Below are positions 21,428 to 32,824 of a DNA stretch of 64,000 nt, piece after piece (the stretch's first letter is position 1; every line of letters begins with the position of its first letter). The stretch lies in the NCBI GenBank assembly GCA_963664015.2, contig CAXXLF010000002.1, positions 608,001 through 672,000 on the forward strand, in the 5' to 3' direction. The stretch comes from Candidatus Binatia bacterium. Its GTDB lineage: Bacteria; Desulfobacterota; Binatia; UBA9968; CAXXLF01. Below the pieces are notes generated by a model, which was not told the DNA's origin, did no database searches, and saw nothing but the letters and a program-made list of their open reading frames with translations. The position numbers and the translations under genes were made by a program.

Positions 21428-22501
21428 ATGGCTGAGCGTGAGATTGTTCGAACCAAAGCCCGTGAACCGGAGCTCCTCGAGACCGAATACGATCGGGTGG
21501 TGCACGACCGGGAGGTCCGCAACCAGCAGCAAGCTGAAGGAAAGGTCGTTATTCAGGCGAGCAAAATCCCATGGGAGCTCAACCGCCAGGGGCGGGTCAA
21601 GTTCATCATCAACGATCGGATATCCGAGAACCTGGCCGCACCCGGGTGGATGGTGTTTCAGCAGCTCATCCACAATCACTCGGGTATGCACCACCACCAG
21701 GGCGGCACTTTCATCTACGTCATGGAGGGCAAAGGCTACAGCACGGTGAACGGTGTACGCCATGACTGGGAGGCCGGTGACCTAGCCATCTTACCCATGA
21801 TACCCGGCGGCGTAGCCCATCAGCACTTCAATCTCGATTCCGGTGTTCCGGCCCTGTGGATGAGGGTAGGCTACAGCCTTCATAAAAACCCGGTGGTTGC
21901 CAACTGGATCGAACAGATCGAAGTCCATCCCGAATGGGCCGAAAAAAAGGGGATCAAGGATCGAAAAGTGGCCCCCCTAACCAACCACGCACGGACGACC
22001 AACGTCAGCGACTCGGCGCGGGGGAATACCCTATTCGATGCCTTGCTCAATACCCGTGATCAACAACGGGAGCGGATGAGGCACGCCCGGACGATTGTTC
22101 AAGGAAAATCGGTGGCGACGGAAATAAATCCCATGGGGATCTTTCGTTGGTATGTTCATCCTTCCATGAACGACGTCGCATGCCGGGCGCAACTGCTGTA
22201 CACGCAAGAGATCCCTCCCGGAAGTCGCTCCGGGAAGCAACTCCATCAAGGAGGCAGGTTCCACTACGTACTCGAGGGAAAAGGAATGACCATCATTGAC
22301 GGAGTTCGCCACAACTGGGAAAAAGACGACTCTATTCTACTCCCGATCAAATCCCACGGAGTGGAGCACCAGCATATCAACGACGATCCCAACAAACCTG
22401 CCAAGCTCCTGGTATCCGAACCTAACTGGGTCGACGTCTGGGGCGTGGATCTGGGATCGGGATTCGAGATGATCGAAGCCGCACCCGAGTATCGAGGGTA
22501 A
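21428..22501 (+). CDS. Tandem (bi-)cupin protein
   Basis: Two internal repeats: HHHQGG..YVMEGKG...RHDW...HQHFN and QLHQGG..YVLEGKG...RHNW...HQHIN. Confidence 0.82.
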   Translation: MAEREIVRTKAREPELLETEYDRVVHDREVRNQQQAEGKVVIQASKIPWELNRQGRVKFIINDRISENLAAPGWMVFQQLIHNHSGMHHHQGGTFIYVMEGKGYSTVNGVRHDWEAGDLAILPMIPGGVAHQHFNLDSGVPALWMRVGYSLHKNPVVANWIEQIEVHPEWAEKKGIKDRKVAPLTNHARTTNVSDSARGNTLFDALLNTRDQQRERMRHARTIVQGKSVATEINPMGIFRWYVHPSMNDVACRAQLLYTQEIPPGSRSGKQLHQGGRFHYVLEGKGMTIIDGVRHNWEKDDSILLPIKSHGVEHQHINDDPNKPAKLLVSEPNWVDVWGVDLGSGFEMIEAAPEYRG

Positions 22502-22541
22502 AGATGATTAGGGGGAATTTCCAAGAACACCGGGAGACAGC

Positions 22542-23339
22542 ATGTTAGATCTCTATCACAACGAAACCTCCGTCTGCGCAGCCAAAGTTCGCTTTGCCCT
22601 GGAGGAAAAAGGATTGGAGTGGACCGGACGGCATGTGGACATATTTGCCGGCGAGCAGCACACACCCGAATACCGAAAGGTCAATCCCCTTGAAGTCATC
22701 CCCACGCTGGTTCGGGACGGCGTCCCAATCATCGAATCGACCATTATCAACGAGTACCTGGACGACGCCTTTCCCCAGGTGCCGTTAAAACCCGCCGATG
22801 CGATCGAACGCGCGCGGATGCGGCTATGGACCAAGCGACTCGACGATTCGGTCCATAACGCAACCGGGATCGTCAGCTATTCCATCGCCTATCGGTTTTT
22901 TCAATTGGTCAAACCCAAGGAAGAGGTCGAGGCACTGCTAGACGGCATCCCCAACCCTGAGCGGCGGGAGCGCAACCGGGACCTGATCGATCGGGGACTG
23001 GACTCGCGTTTTTTCGCCGGCGCGTTGAAACGATTCGAACGTCTTTTGAGCGACATGGAAGCCGCACTGAAAGAGAGCCAATGGCTGGCTGGCAAGGACC
23101 TTTCGCTGGCCGATATCGGCTTCGCGCCATACCTCACCAGGCTAGAACGTTTGCAGCTCAGCCCCATGTGGGACGGCCTCCCTCACCTCGCCGGCTGGTT
23201 CGAGCGCATCAAGGCCCGTCCCGCATGCAAACGGGCCATCGCCGATTTTTACAACCTGGCCCCGAAATCCAAATCATTGCTCGAGGAGAAAGGGGCCGAG
23301 TCATGGCCGCGCATCAAGGTCATGCTTAAGCAAGGTTAA
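22542..23339 (+). CDS. Glutathione S-transferase family protein
   Basis: SVCAAKVR, NPLEVIPTL, ESTIINEYLD, SLADI. Confidence 0.9.
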   Translation: MLDLYHNETSVCAAKVRFALEEKGLEWTGRHVDIFAGEQHTPEYRKVNPLEVIPTLVRDGVPIIESTIINEYLDDAFPQVPLKPADAIERARMRLWTKRLDDSVHNATGIVSYSIAYRFFQLVKPKEEVEALLDGIPNPERRERNRDLIDRGLDSRFFAGALKRFERLLSDMEAALKESQWLAGKDLSLADIGFAPYLTRLERLQLSPMWDGLPHLAGWFERIKARPACKRAIADFYNLAPKSKSLLEEKGAESWPRIKVMLKQG

Positions 23340-23344
23340 GCCGT

Positions 23345-24091
23345 TCATCTGGAGGGGAGCCTGTGGTTCTTTCCCCAACCTCCAAAGAGCCCGATAAACG
23401 CTCCAAAGCATTTTTGGCTCAGACGCGTGAGCCGATGGATATGGGCCTTCGTATCCCGTCGAATACCCTCGACGGTAACCTTACCGCCCAGGCTTTCTAT
23501 CTCCTCCTTGAAGCTAGCCGTCTTAAGCCAACGCTCGATAAGAGGTTCGTCAACCTCGAGATGGAACTGAAAGCCATACACCTTTTCCCCCACTCGGAAG
23601 GCTTGATTGCTGCACGCGGGAGAGCTCGCCAGATGGACACCACCACGGGGTATCTCAAACGTGTCCCCATGCCACTGGAAGATCTTTTCCGAATCCTTAA
23701 AATGGGTCACCACCGGATCCGCACCGGCGTCATCGGCCCTGGAAACGTCATACCAACCGATCTCTTTTTCCCCATTCTTCCAAACACGGGAGCCCAAGGC
23801 CTTGGCGATCAGCTGTGCTCCTAGGCAAATACCCAAGACGGGGAAATCTCTCTGAATAGCTTCCTCAATCACGCGAAGTTCGGTAGTCAAGTGGGGGTGC
23901 TTGCGCGTTTCGCTAACGCTCATGGGCCCACCGAGGACGACCAGCCCGTCATAGCCTTCCAGTGAAGGCTCGGCATCCGGGTGGCGGCCGAAGTTCACAT
24001 AGCGAATACGAAACCCGGAACGCTTGAAGAGCGGATTGAGCGTTCCGAGAATCTCAAAAGGAACATGCTGGAAGACTAGCAGTCTGGGCAT
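23345..24091 (-). CDS. Class I glutamine amidotransferase-like protein
   Basis: LGGPMS, LGICLGAQL, QWHGD, QFHLE. Confidence 0.9.
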   Translation of the reverse strand: MPRLLVFQHVPFEILGTLNPLFKRSGFRIRYVNFGRHPDAEPSLEGYDGLVVLGGPMSVSETRKHPHLTTELRVIEEAIQRDFPVLGICLGAQLIAKALGSRVWKNGEKEIGWYDVSRADDAGADPVVTHFKDSEKIFQWHGDTFEIPRGGVHLASSPACSNQAFRVGEKVYGFQFHLEVDEPLIERWLKTASFKEEIESLGGKVTVEGIRRDTKAHIHRLTRLSQKCFGAFIGLFGGWGKNHRLPSR

Positions 24092-24198
24092 ACGATTGAA
24101 TTATACAATCTTAAATGGTCCGGGGGAACACCCCGAGCCTGAGGGCCTGTTATCTAAAACAACTCACCTTTGCCGATTCCTTTACCCCCCCCCTCCCC

Positions 24199-24624
24199 TC
24201 ACACGACACTCCACAAACGAGCCAGCACGAATAGACCGATCATAGAAACGACCACGGCTAACTTGGCTGCAGCGCCGATAGCAACGCCCAGGGTGCCCCC
24301 CAGTCCGGCGCGTCCCGCCGCGCGCAGGCTGCGCCATGCGGTAAGTTCGCCTATCACCGCGCCGATAATGGCCCGCTTAGAGGCGCCGAATCGGCCTGCA
24401 CCCAATGCAGTCGCGGCGAATTCAAGGAGGTAGGTTAACAACGCCATCGATCCAAGGACCGTTAACATCCACCAACCGACAAACAGGAAATCTTCTGCCC
24501 AGGCCGCCGCGAAAAGACCAGCAAACAACATGAGCGCACCCGGCAAGCCTGGAATCACCAGCCCCGCAAGGCCAGCCAAGGAAAACAGGAGAGCCAACAC
24601 CTACAAAGCGATGCTTGAGATCAT
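24199..24624 (-). pseudogene. DUF456-family membrane protein, broken
   Basis: MISSIAL*VLALL (TAG at 24601-24603); GLVIPGLPG, ALGAGRFGAS; apparent internal deletion. Confidence 0.7.
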
Positions 24625-24830
24625 AATTTAATTACACGCTACTAGTAATTAGCGACTGATTTAGTCGTAAATACTGATAATGGCAACTTGGGACATGAAG
24701 AGAACAGGTTGTATTTCAGTGGTTTATAGCTCAAAAGGTAGATTCTTTCGATATTTCCAGTACCTGATTCAGCCTCCTGGATCTCTTGCCACCGCATACC
24801 AAATTGCTATAACCGCCAACGGAGGCAACT

Positions 24831-25730
24831 ATGGAATATACCGCGCTTTTCACGAGGGCCTCAGTTGGATTTATCGTATTTCTATTGGCAACTTATTGGG
24901 TAAAACCAATTTATGCTGAGTATACTATCGTTATCAATAACAACGGACGCATCACAGTTGAAAAATATTGGGAAGAGCATGGGACGGTAAGATTTTGAGC
25001 ACTGGGTGGCGTGATTGGATTGGACAGGTAGAATATCGAAACCATCGTACCCGCAGCTCAATCGGAATCTCATGGTATCGTTATCGCTACTATCAAAAAC
25101 ACCGAAAACGTGGCGGCTGTGAAGATGGAGGCCTTTAATACGCCTGCCACACCTGTCGTCAGCCTCGCAGAAAATGACCTAGGCAGCTCGAAGGCCAAGG
25201 AAGAGCAGGAATTCCAGAAGCTCTACACAGAGAACCAGAATCAAATCAAAGCGCGGACTGAAGTCTATTGGGACATTACAAGAGGGACGAGCAGCCAGGA
25301 TCCCACGCTATTGAATTATCTTCGGGCAATAAACGGAAGGATCGAGGACATTCAATCCAGGCTCAAGGATTCTCAGCGCGCCCCCTCAAACTCCAGGGGA
25401 ACCGGAATCGTGAATCTGGAGGTAAATTCCCCATTTGCCGGCAGACGTACGACGATCGGCCTGCGCCATGGAGGGACCGTCCTGCCTGGACGGGTGAATG
25501 CCCGACCTTTTGATATCGCTCGTCATGGAAAAACCGATTTTCCCAACGAGGTCCGGCATCCCAAACGTGGTTTTGACACACAGCTTCCCGACTATACCTA
25601 CACCGAGAAAGAACTCAGTACTATGAGAAGCCAGCTCAATCTGTTGTATGAGGAAAGGGAAAGGCTGGTACAGGGAATGCGGGAGAAAGAGGTCTTTGCG
25701 GGATCCGTTCCATTTGAGGCTTATCCCTAG
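24831..25730 (+). pseudogene. Secreted hypothetical protein with two in-frame stops
   Basis: GGAGG RBS, ATG 24831, signal peptide, KYWEE motif; TGA at 24996 and TAG at 25029; in frame with ORF 25110-25730. Confidence 0.6.
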
Positions 25731-25790
25731 GCAAGCTACCGTCCCGACGGTGATTCATAGGAATCACGGGCACACTGCACACTTATCTCG

Positions 25791-26567
25791 TCATCTGTCT
25801 AGTGGAACTCTCTTCTTGGTCCACCGAACCTTCGTCTGGACGTTTCGATCATCTATAGACGGGATCCCGACGATCAAGCTGCGGTATTCGGCAATCACTC
25901 CTCCCGGTAGATCCTTCTGGCTAACCGACACCTTTCCCTGCCCGATCTTCATCCCACCGACCCGATGGATCTGATACTGAATCAGCACATTTTTCGCAGT
26001 AGCCCGCCCACGATTAAAAACAGCGCCCGACAGCACATAATGAGCCACTCTCACAGGGTCTGGAATTAGCCGCCTTGAAACGACGACCACGTCAGCATCG
26101 CCGGTTAACGGTTCTAGGGCATATGAACCACACAACGGCTTTCCTTCACGTAATCGATGGAGTCCGCTTTGGGAACCGTTGTCGACTCCGTCTTATTGCG
26201 GCCGATGATCAGGTTTCTAAACTGTTCGCAGGCTTCAAGATCGCTAAAACATCTATGATCTTTTTATCCGACAGTACAAACAACCACCGGGTGGCAAACG
26301 GGACCTGGCAATCGGCGAGGTTGGATCCGAGACTGCATCATTTCCTTTTTGTGTTTTTTCTAGGGCAGCTTCGGAACTTGGCTCCGAGCTGGTTTTGAGA
26401 CCCTTCACCTCTTCCACCTTGACTTCAGAAGTCGGTAAATTGGGAAAATGCAGCTGCCCCTTCTTGTCGGTCCATTTATTGATCTTCTGGGCCGAAACAG
26501 AGGTAACCAACAAGAAGACCAAAGCCCCAAGCATGATACTACAGGTGACCATGCTGAACTTAAACAT
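25791..26567 (-). pseudogene. DUF4124-type secreted protein, frameshifted
   Basis: Signal peptide plus KWTDKKGQLHF; downstream part (LSGAVFNRG..TAKNV) lies in another frame. Confidence 0.6.
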
Positions 26568-26653
26568 TTTTAATTATATTTCGTAATGCACCTTGGGGTC
26601 CAGAACTATTTGCCGGCTTGTCCAGCGGGAAAGGGAAAGACAGGATTAAAGAA

Positions 26654-27406
26654 TCAAACCCGTAGGGATTGATTCATCACCGATTCCATGAGCTCAATAG
26701 GAAGAGGGACGACGATGGTCTCATTATTTTCTCTGGCGATCTGTGAAAGAGCCTGCAGGAACCGGAAATGAAGCGCCATCGGTTGATTTGCCATGACTCC
26801 TGCAGCTTCGTTAAGTTTCTGAGCAGCCTCGAATTCACCTTGCGCGTGAATGACTTTAGCGCGTCTTTCTCTTTCCGCCACCGCCTGTTTCGCCATAGCC
26901 CGCTGCATTTCTTGCGGTAGATCTATGTCTTTGATTGCAACCTGTCCCACCTTGATTCCCCATGGGTCGGTCTGAACATCGACGATCTCCTGGATTTGAG
27001 CGTTGAGTTTCTCCCTCTGGCTCAAGATCTCGTCCAGTTCCGCCTGCCCGCAAACGCTGCGCAGAGTGGTCTGGGCCAATTGGGAGGCCCCGAAGAGGAA
27101 ATCCTCAACTTGGGTTAACGCCCGGTTGGGATCGAAGATACGGAGAAAGACGACAGCCGCCACCTTGACAGATACATTGTCCCGCGTAATGACATCTTGG
27201 GCTGGGACATTCAAGGTCACAGTTCGAAGATCGGTCCGGACCATCTTCTCAACGAAGGGTATAACAAAACTCAACCCGGGGCCTCGAAAGGAAACCAGTC
27301 GCCCCAAGCGGAATATAACCCCCCTCTCGTACTCTTTAAATATTTTGACCCCGCTCACGCCTATAATCAGAACGATAACTAGGATGCTAATAGCCTGAAA
27401 AGACAA
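26654..27406 (-). CDS. SPFH/band 7 (slipin/stomatin) protein
   Basis: EYERGVIFRLGR, QDVITRDNV, AQTTLRSV, PWGIKV, AMAKQA.AERERRAK. Confidence 0.93.
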   Translation of the reverse strand: MSFQAISILVIVLIIGVSGVKIFKEYERGVIFRLGRLVSFRGPGLSFVIPFVEKMVRTDLRTVTLNVPAQDVITRDNVSVKVAAVVFLRIFDPNRALTQVEDFLFGASQLAQTTLRSVCGQAELDEILSQREKLNAQIQEIVDVQTDPWGIKVGQVAIKDIDLPQEMQRAMAKQAVAERERRAKVIHAQGEFEAAQKLNEAAGVMANQPMALHFRFLQALSQIARENNETIVVPLPIELMESVMNQSLRV

Positions 27407-27701
27407 GAGATTCGTCTCCTTCTATCAATAAGCCAAAAAAGACTCGTTTACGTGAATCAAATGACCTGGGAGCAGAGGCATCCGCCAAGTCTTTGTAAAC
27501 CCCTAATTTCCAGTAGAATTAATTTCTTTTTACCATTAAATCCTTATTGCACGCAAATTGCAAACTAATCCTGAGTGCGGTTCCCATTGTGACTGGAACC
27601 AGGAATTCCAGAAAATCGCCCTGCACCCGCCAGAGAGTCGCTGGAGCCCCAAATGGGCTGTCACTGCATTAGCCGGTCAATCGTACAAATGGGGGGGGGG
27701 G

Positions 27702-27730
27702 TTGACACCGTCATGGTGACAAGATATAGT
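27702..27730 (+). promoter_or_regulatory. Sigma70 promoter for the RRM gene
   Basis: TTGACA-17 nt-TATAGT. Confidence 0.7.
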
Positions 27731-27931
27731 CACTTACCTACTTCAGTTTGAGGCCTTCTGAAAGAGGACAAAAATATGCGAAGGCCTGGACAGTCTCCCC
27801 TTGCGAAGCTATTCCTTCAGAACCAACCGACCAGAGCGTGACTCATCACTTATACGTCTGCATGTTCTTCTTCTACGTGGGGTAAGATTCTCAGGGTCAA
27901 AGACATTAACAATCTCTCTATGGAGGAGAAT

Positions 27932-28267
27932 ATGAGTAATAATAAATTATATGTTGGTGGATTGCCTTATGCGGTCACCGACGGGCAATTGCAGGAACTA
28001 TTTGCGGAGCACGGAACCGTTGAGTCCGCCAGGGTCATTGCAGATAAATTCACAGGTCAGTCACGGGGCTTCGGGTTTGTGGAGATGGGCACCGGGGACG
28101 AGGCCCAAAAAGCCATTCAGGCGCTGAACAGCACAACTCTTGAGGGGCGCACGTTGGTAGTCAACGAGGCCAAGCCCATGACGAGCCGTGATGGTGGTGG
28201 TGGTGGTGGTGGTGGTGGTCGCGGAGGCAGAGACGGTGGCGGCGGCAATGGCCGAAACCGTTGGTAG
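27932..28267 (+). CDS. RRM RNA-binding protein with Gly-rich tail
   Basis: RNP2 LYVGGL, RNP1 RGFGFVEM; (GGT)n run; GGAGGA RBS before ATG 27932. Confidence 0.93.
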   Translation: MSNNKLYVGGLPYAVTDGQLQELFAEHGTVESARVIADKFTGQSRGFGFVEMGTGDEAQKAIQALNSTTLEGRTLVVNEAKPMTSRDGGGGGGGGGRGGRDGGGGNGRNRW

Positions 28268-28288
28268 TCATATCAATCTAAAGTAAGC

Positions 28289-28326
28289 AAAAAGGGAGCA
28301 CCGGGTCGGGTTGCTCCCTTTTTTTG
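28289..28326. terminator. Bidirectional intrinsic terminator
   Basis: aaaaagggagca...tgctccctttttt. Confidence 0.85.
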
Positions 28327-28348
28327 TGTCCGGATGCCCGATCATGGG

Positions 28349-29509
28349 TTACATTTTTTTCGCCTTGAAATATTTTCTCGTAAACTTAAGGATAGGGGTT
28401 ATATCCATGTGATTGGCTTTGTCCGTCTCAATAGCCCGGATTCCCTTTACACGCCGGTTGTAAGACTTCACATCCTCCTTTGGTTTATCAATCCGTCTCG
28501 AGTCACTCCCGCGAATATTCTGATAGACCTCCTGGCCCTCTCGGGAGAGAAGCCAATTAACGGCAACACGGGCGGCATTGGGATGAGGGGCATTGCGAAA
28601 AAGCATGAGATTTCCTGAACCTGCACTTAGAATCGCTCCTTCCTTCTAAAGCTTTAGGCCCGAGCTAATCCACTGGAGACCCTTGCTTTTTGCGACGTGA
28701 AAGCCCGTCCTCTTTATGCCCGCAAAAAGGGACAGGGGAAACTTCCCTCTTGCCAGCCAGTCCGCTATCTGTCTGGTTTTACGGCTAGCAGTGATATCCA
28801 TTTCAGTGAAAAGTCTTTTTAAATACTTAGGGCCGAGATCGGGATGATTATACATAAAACGTAAGGGAGAAGAGACCGGGCCGCCCCAGGTTGGGTCCAA
28901 CGTAATTATCTTGCCCTTCCATTTGGGGTTCAGGAAGTCCCAGTACGACTTGATCTCACTGGGATTGACGAGGTTAGTGTTGTAGGCGTAATAGGCGTAG
29001 AGATCTCCGTTAAAGCTGAAAACATACTCGCCCTTTTCATCTATATACTTGTGGCTTCCGCCGAACCATTTAGACTGATCTTTCACTTCAGGCAGGGTCA
29101 GGGTCGGCTTGACCGGCGAGAAGGCCCCCCCCCCTCTATACAAGACCATATATGCCGTCGTGGCGCCCAGGATATACAGATTACCTATAAATTTGCCTGA
29201 CCTCTGTTCCATCATGATGCGGGAAGAGAGCCCGCTGGGGCCGGTAACGGAAACGACCTTGATTTTCGGGTATTTCTTTTGAAAGACCGCAAAGATCCGA
29301 TCCGTGTCACTGCCATGGTAGATAACGAGGCGTCCCTCCTTATTGGCGGCCGCGACGGTTTTCTCCCAGTCAGCCTGCCAATCAGTTTTGGGTTGGGCAT
29401 GAGCGACAGAGGTTAGGGTAAGACACAAGATCAAAAGATCGGATGTCAACCACTTAAGACTCCGCCACCCATAACCGAGAGACTTCCTGACGAGAAAGGA
29501 CTTTTCCAT
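28349..29509 (-). pseudogene. ABC extracellular solute-binding protein, broken
   Basis: WEKTVAAANKEG, YNTNLV, PKWKGKI; C-terminal APHPNAARV...LLSREGQ is split off in ORF 28349-28606. Confidence 0.75.
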
Positions 29510-29689
29510 CGTTGATTTCCTCCTCCCTGAAATTGAGCTATGCTACTAGTGGCAAATTAGGAGGAGACCGTCCCGATGTCAGGCCACGTTAACGTCGGCG
29601 CCGGGTGGCTTTCCTGCGGGCCAAGTCTCGGGGACATTTGAGAAGGAAAAACGCTATATGTTTCAGGGAGCGATAAGACGGATGGGCTG

Positions 29690-30022
29690 TTAATGACTGG
29701 GCGCGTCGTTTACGTACCGCCCCTCGCTAAACCGGGCAAAGTAGTGCCCCAGCAGTGGATGATCGATAACCTCACCTGTCGTGTCCGGTTCCAGGTTTTG
29801 TTCCGCAACGTATGTTTGATGGCTTCCTTTATTTACCAGCACATGATACCAGGGCTTATTTTTTGGCGGCCGTGACCGGGCAACGGTTTCGTACCACTCT
29901 TCAGTCAACTGAAATTCTGGATCGACATCAACAATGACGCCACGATAATCAAACAGCTTGTGGTGCACGACGTAGCCAACAGAAAACTTCGCAGTGGACA
30001 CTTCCGTTTGGGAATCACTCAT
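29690..30022 (-). CDS. hspQ: Heat shock protein HspQ
   Basis: KFSVG..V.H.LF.YRGVIVDVDP, PWYHVLV, TYVAEQNL. Confidence 0.92.
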   Translation of the reverse strand: MSDSQTEVSTAKFSVGYVVHHKLFDYRGVIVDVDPEFQLTEEWYETVARSRPPKNKPWYHVLVNKGSHQTYVAEQNLEPDTTGEVIDHPLLGHYFARFSEGRYVNDAPSH

Positions 30023-30321
30023 CCGATTTTGCCTCGCAACAAATTAATTCGCATAATTTATATCACCCTTTCCTAGAATTGCAACCAACCTAATTACCTT
30101 TCCCAGCACTAGAGAGAAATTGCAAAAACCGCAACCTTTCGAAAGGAGTTTCGTCGCATTCCCCCCTCAACGGGCTTGTCAGCACAGTCCGTCTTGACAG
30201 GCATGCCCTATGTGATAAGGGTGCCATGGTAAAGAGTCTCCCCTACGATTGATTACCCCCCTGCCCACTGACGTGAGAACGGACAGCGGGGGCACTGGAG
30301 GTTCCCCGTATTTAGAAAAAA

Positions 30322-30573
30322 ATGGATTTCCTCGACTTCATCGTATCAATAGCTGGTATTTGTGTATTGATCTATTTGGTTTACTACATCTACGCCCTTG
30401 TCTTTTGGGGCGACGCCGCAATAAGACGTAAAGACATTCGAACCACCGCTGTAATATTGGAAAATGGGATTGCCAAGTTATATCCCAATACCGGAAAGGG
30501 TCCAAGCCATTCTCACTATATCACCTACGAGTTCACAGACACACATGGACAAAGCGAACAAAGAAGAAATTAG
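30322..30573 (+). CDS. Small membrane-anchored hypothetical protein, possibly truncated
   Basis: N-terminal TM helix; HYITYEFTD..G. Confidence 0.4.
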   Translation: MDFLDFIVSIAGICVLIYLVYYIYALVFWGDAAIRRKDIRTTAVILENGIAKLYPNTGKGPSHSHYITYEFTDTHGQSEQRRN

Positions 30574-30783
30574 TAAGGTGGGATCATGCGCCGGCTAACG
30601 CTGATAACGGGATGCAGATTCCAGTGTTTTTTCTGCCGAGGCACCCCAACAGGAGCACGTTGGCGTAAGGCAATAGATCATACGGATCTCGTTTTGGCCC
30701 CGCTCTAAGCAATCCTAATCCAAGGTCCCCTGAGGGTCCCCTGAGACATCCCGTGTCGACATACTCAGTACCTGGGCAGATAA

Positions 30784-32083
30784 ATGAGCATGATAAGCGT
30801 AGCGGTAACAATGAGTAACATTGGCTTTCACTTCGGAATTGCATGCCTCGCCAGGCTTGCACTGGGTTGCGGATCATTGTCAAAGAAAGCCGCAGAATCC
30901 CGCGCTAATATCCACGACAAACCTCCAGCAGAACCGACGAGGCAAACCGATCAGGCCCTGCTGCGTGCGGCACAGGGCAGGAAGTCGAATTATGTGCGCG
31001 ACTTGGAGATGCTGGTAAATATCGATTCCGGCACCGATGACGCTAGCGTCCTGCCGCAGGTGAGCGACTTCCTGATGTTGCGGCTGAAGAACCTAGGCGC
31101 CACCGTGAAGATTTTACCTGCAACGCCGGCAGCCGGCAGAATGGTGCATGGAACGTTCCAGGAAACGGGCACCAAGGATATCATGCTACTGGCGCACTCC
31201 GATACCGTTTTCGGGAAAGGCGAGGCCGCCCGGAGGCTATTCAAAGTGGTAGGCAACAAGGCATTTGCTCCCAGCGTCGCCGATGCCAAGGGCGGTGTGG
31301 CGATCATCCTGCATGCGCTGAAAATCACGGGCCAGCAGGGTTTTAAGGACTATAAGACACTGACCGCCCTGTTAAATCCGGACGAAGAGAAAAGCTCACT
31401 CGGTTCGCGCGACACGATCCGTACCTTATCGGCCCGGCAGGACTACCTGCTGTCTTACAAACCGCCCGACGGGGAGCGTGTGATCGTGGCTACCAACCGG
31501 TATCGCCTACGTAAAGCTCACCGTGAAGGGCCGGGCTTCCCATGCCGGCGCCGCGCCGGAGAAGGGCCGTAACGCGGCCATCGAACTAGCATCCCAGATT
31601 TTACAGGTCAGGGACCTGGGCGATCCGGCAAAAGGCACCACCGTCAACTGGACTCTGATGCAGAGCGGCACTCGCGCCAACATCATTCCCGAATTGGCCT
31701 GCGCCACAGCCGATATGCGCCTTTCAGACGCCAATAAGACCATCAAGAAAAGATTCGTTCCCGAAACCGAAGTAACCATGAAAGTCGAAAACCGGCATCC
31801 ACCTTTCAGCAGAAACCCACAAAGCGACCGACTAGCCACACTGGCCAATCAGGTTTATCAGGAGCTGGGCAAGTCCATCGAGCCCGTCGCGATGCGCTAC
31901 GGCACCGACGCGGGATTTGCCTACCATCCGGGCAAAACGAAGCCCGCCGTCTTGGAGGGCCTGGGCATCGTCGGCGGCCGCTTGCATTCGTTGGATGAGT
32001 GGGCAGATTTGGATAGCGTGGTACCGCGCCTGTACATGACGGTTCGCATGCTGGAACTACTTGGCAAGATGGATACTGATTAA
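30784..32083 (+). pseudogene. M20 glutamate carboxypeptidase (CPG2-like), frameshifted
   Basis: LVNIDSGT, AHSDTVF, DAKGG, PDEE; frameshift near 31500; GRASHAG, GTDA, GLG..GG.LHS.DE. Confidence 0.82.
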
Positions 32084-32116
32084 GTTAATACCCTCCTGAA
32101 ACTCATGTAGCGATAG

Positions 32117-32824
32117 TTATTCAAGCCACTCGATAAACTTCGATCTCGGCCATGGATTATCCATCCAGGAAGTGTCCGGAAGTGGTAGGTCGTTCGCATT
32201 TTGGACAGAGAACCATCCGGTTTGCAAATCAAATTGACTGATCGAACCCCGTTTTGTTACCCATCGGAAGGTGTTTTGTTGCTCCATCGTGACTGCTACA
32301 TCCAGTGTGGTTTTACAATCCTGTGCTACATAATCCCAAACACGCTGGAATTCGCCGTCTCTCCAAAGCTGAGGGGCCATCGAACCGTCAACTCCCGATA
32401 ATTTACCCTCAAGGCCAGCTCCTTTCGCGGCGGCATTGAGGCTCACAGCGAAACCTCTTAAACAGAACACTTGAAACATCATATCGACGTGGCCAAGAAC
32501 AAGTTGCTTGCAAGCATCGAAACGGTCCGATTCTTCTGCAAGTATATTGAAGTCGAACCCCGACCCGTTCCACGTGACAATGGTGTATCCCTCGTTCGAT
32601 CGGTTCATCAAAAAATCAACAAAGTTGGAAAGGTCGTCCCGGGTCATTTGGGCGGCAGGTGTTTCGTCCGGATTGGTTGAATAAAACAACTGGGGCGTAT
32701 CTTCATCCGATGCCAACGTCGCGGTACAACAGATTCCTAGAGGACGGTGTGACATTAGGTCTCCCGCATCTGCTGGAAGGATCTTCGCCGTTTCAATATC
32801 AAAAGCAAGATATTTTCGGTCCAT
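32117..32824 (-). CDS. Stand-alone RNase H-like (DEDD) 3'-5' exonuclease domain protein
   Basis: AFDIET, VTWNGSGFDF, HVDMM, YVAQD. Confidence 0.8.
   Translation of the reverse strand: MDRKYLAFDIETAKILPADAGDLMSHRPLGICCTATLASDEDTPQLFYSTNPDETPAAQMTRDDLSNFVDFLMNRSNEGYTIVTWNGSGFDFNILAEESDRFDACKQLVLGHVDMMFQVFCLRGFAVSLNAAAKGAGLEGKLSGVDGSMAPQLWRDGEFQRVWDYVAQDCKTTLDVAVTMEQQNTFRWVTKRGSISQFDLQTGWFSVQNANDLPLPDTSWMDNPWPRSKFIEWLE

Noticed and set aside
24996-24998. TGA as a second selenocysteine
   Set aside because: No redox-Cys context, and a TAG follows 11 codons later
27690-27701. Poly-G tract next to the -35 box as a phase-variation switch
   Set aside because: It lies upstream of the -35, not in the spacer; no evidence of variation without reads
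28193-28219. (GGT)n tandem repeat as a contingency locus
   Set aside because: In-frame poly-Gly tail typical of RRM proteins
30120-30175. c-di-GMP-I riboswitch-like GCAAA...GAAAGG...CGCA
   Set aside because: Only a short CCTTTCGAAAGG palindrome; the second stem and consensus spacing are absent
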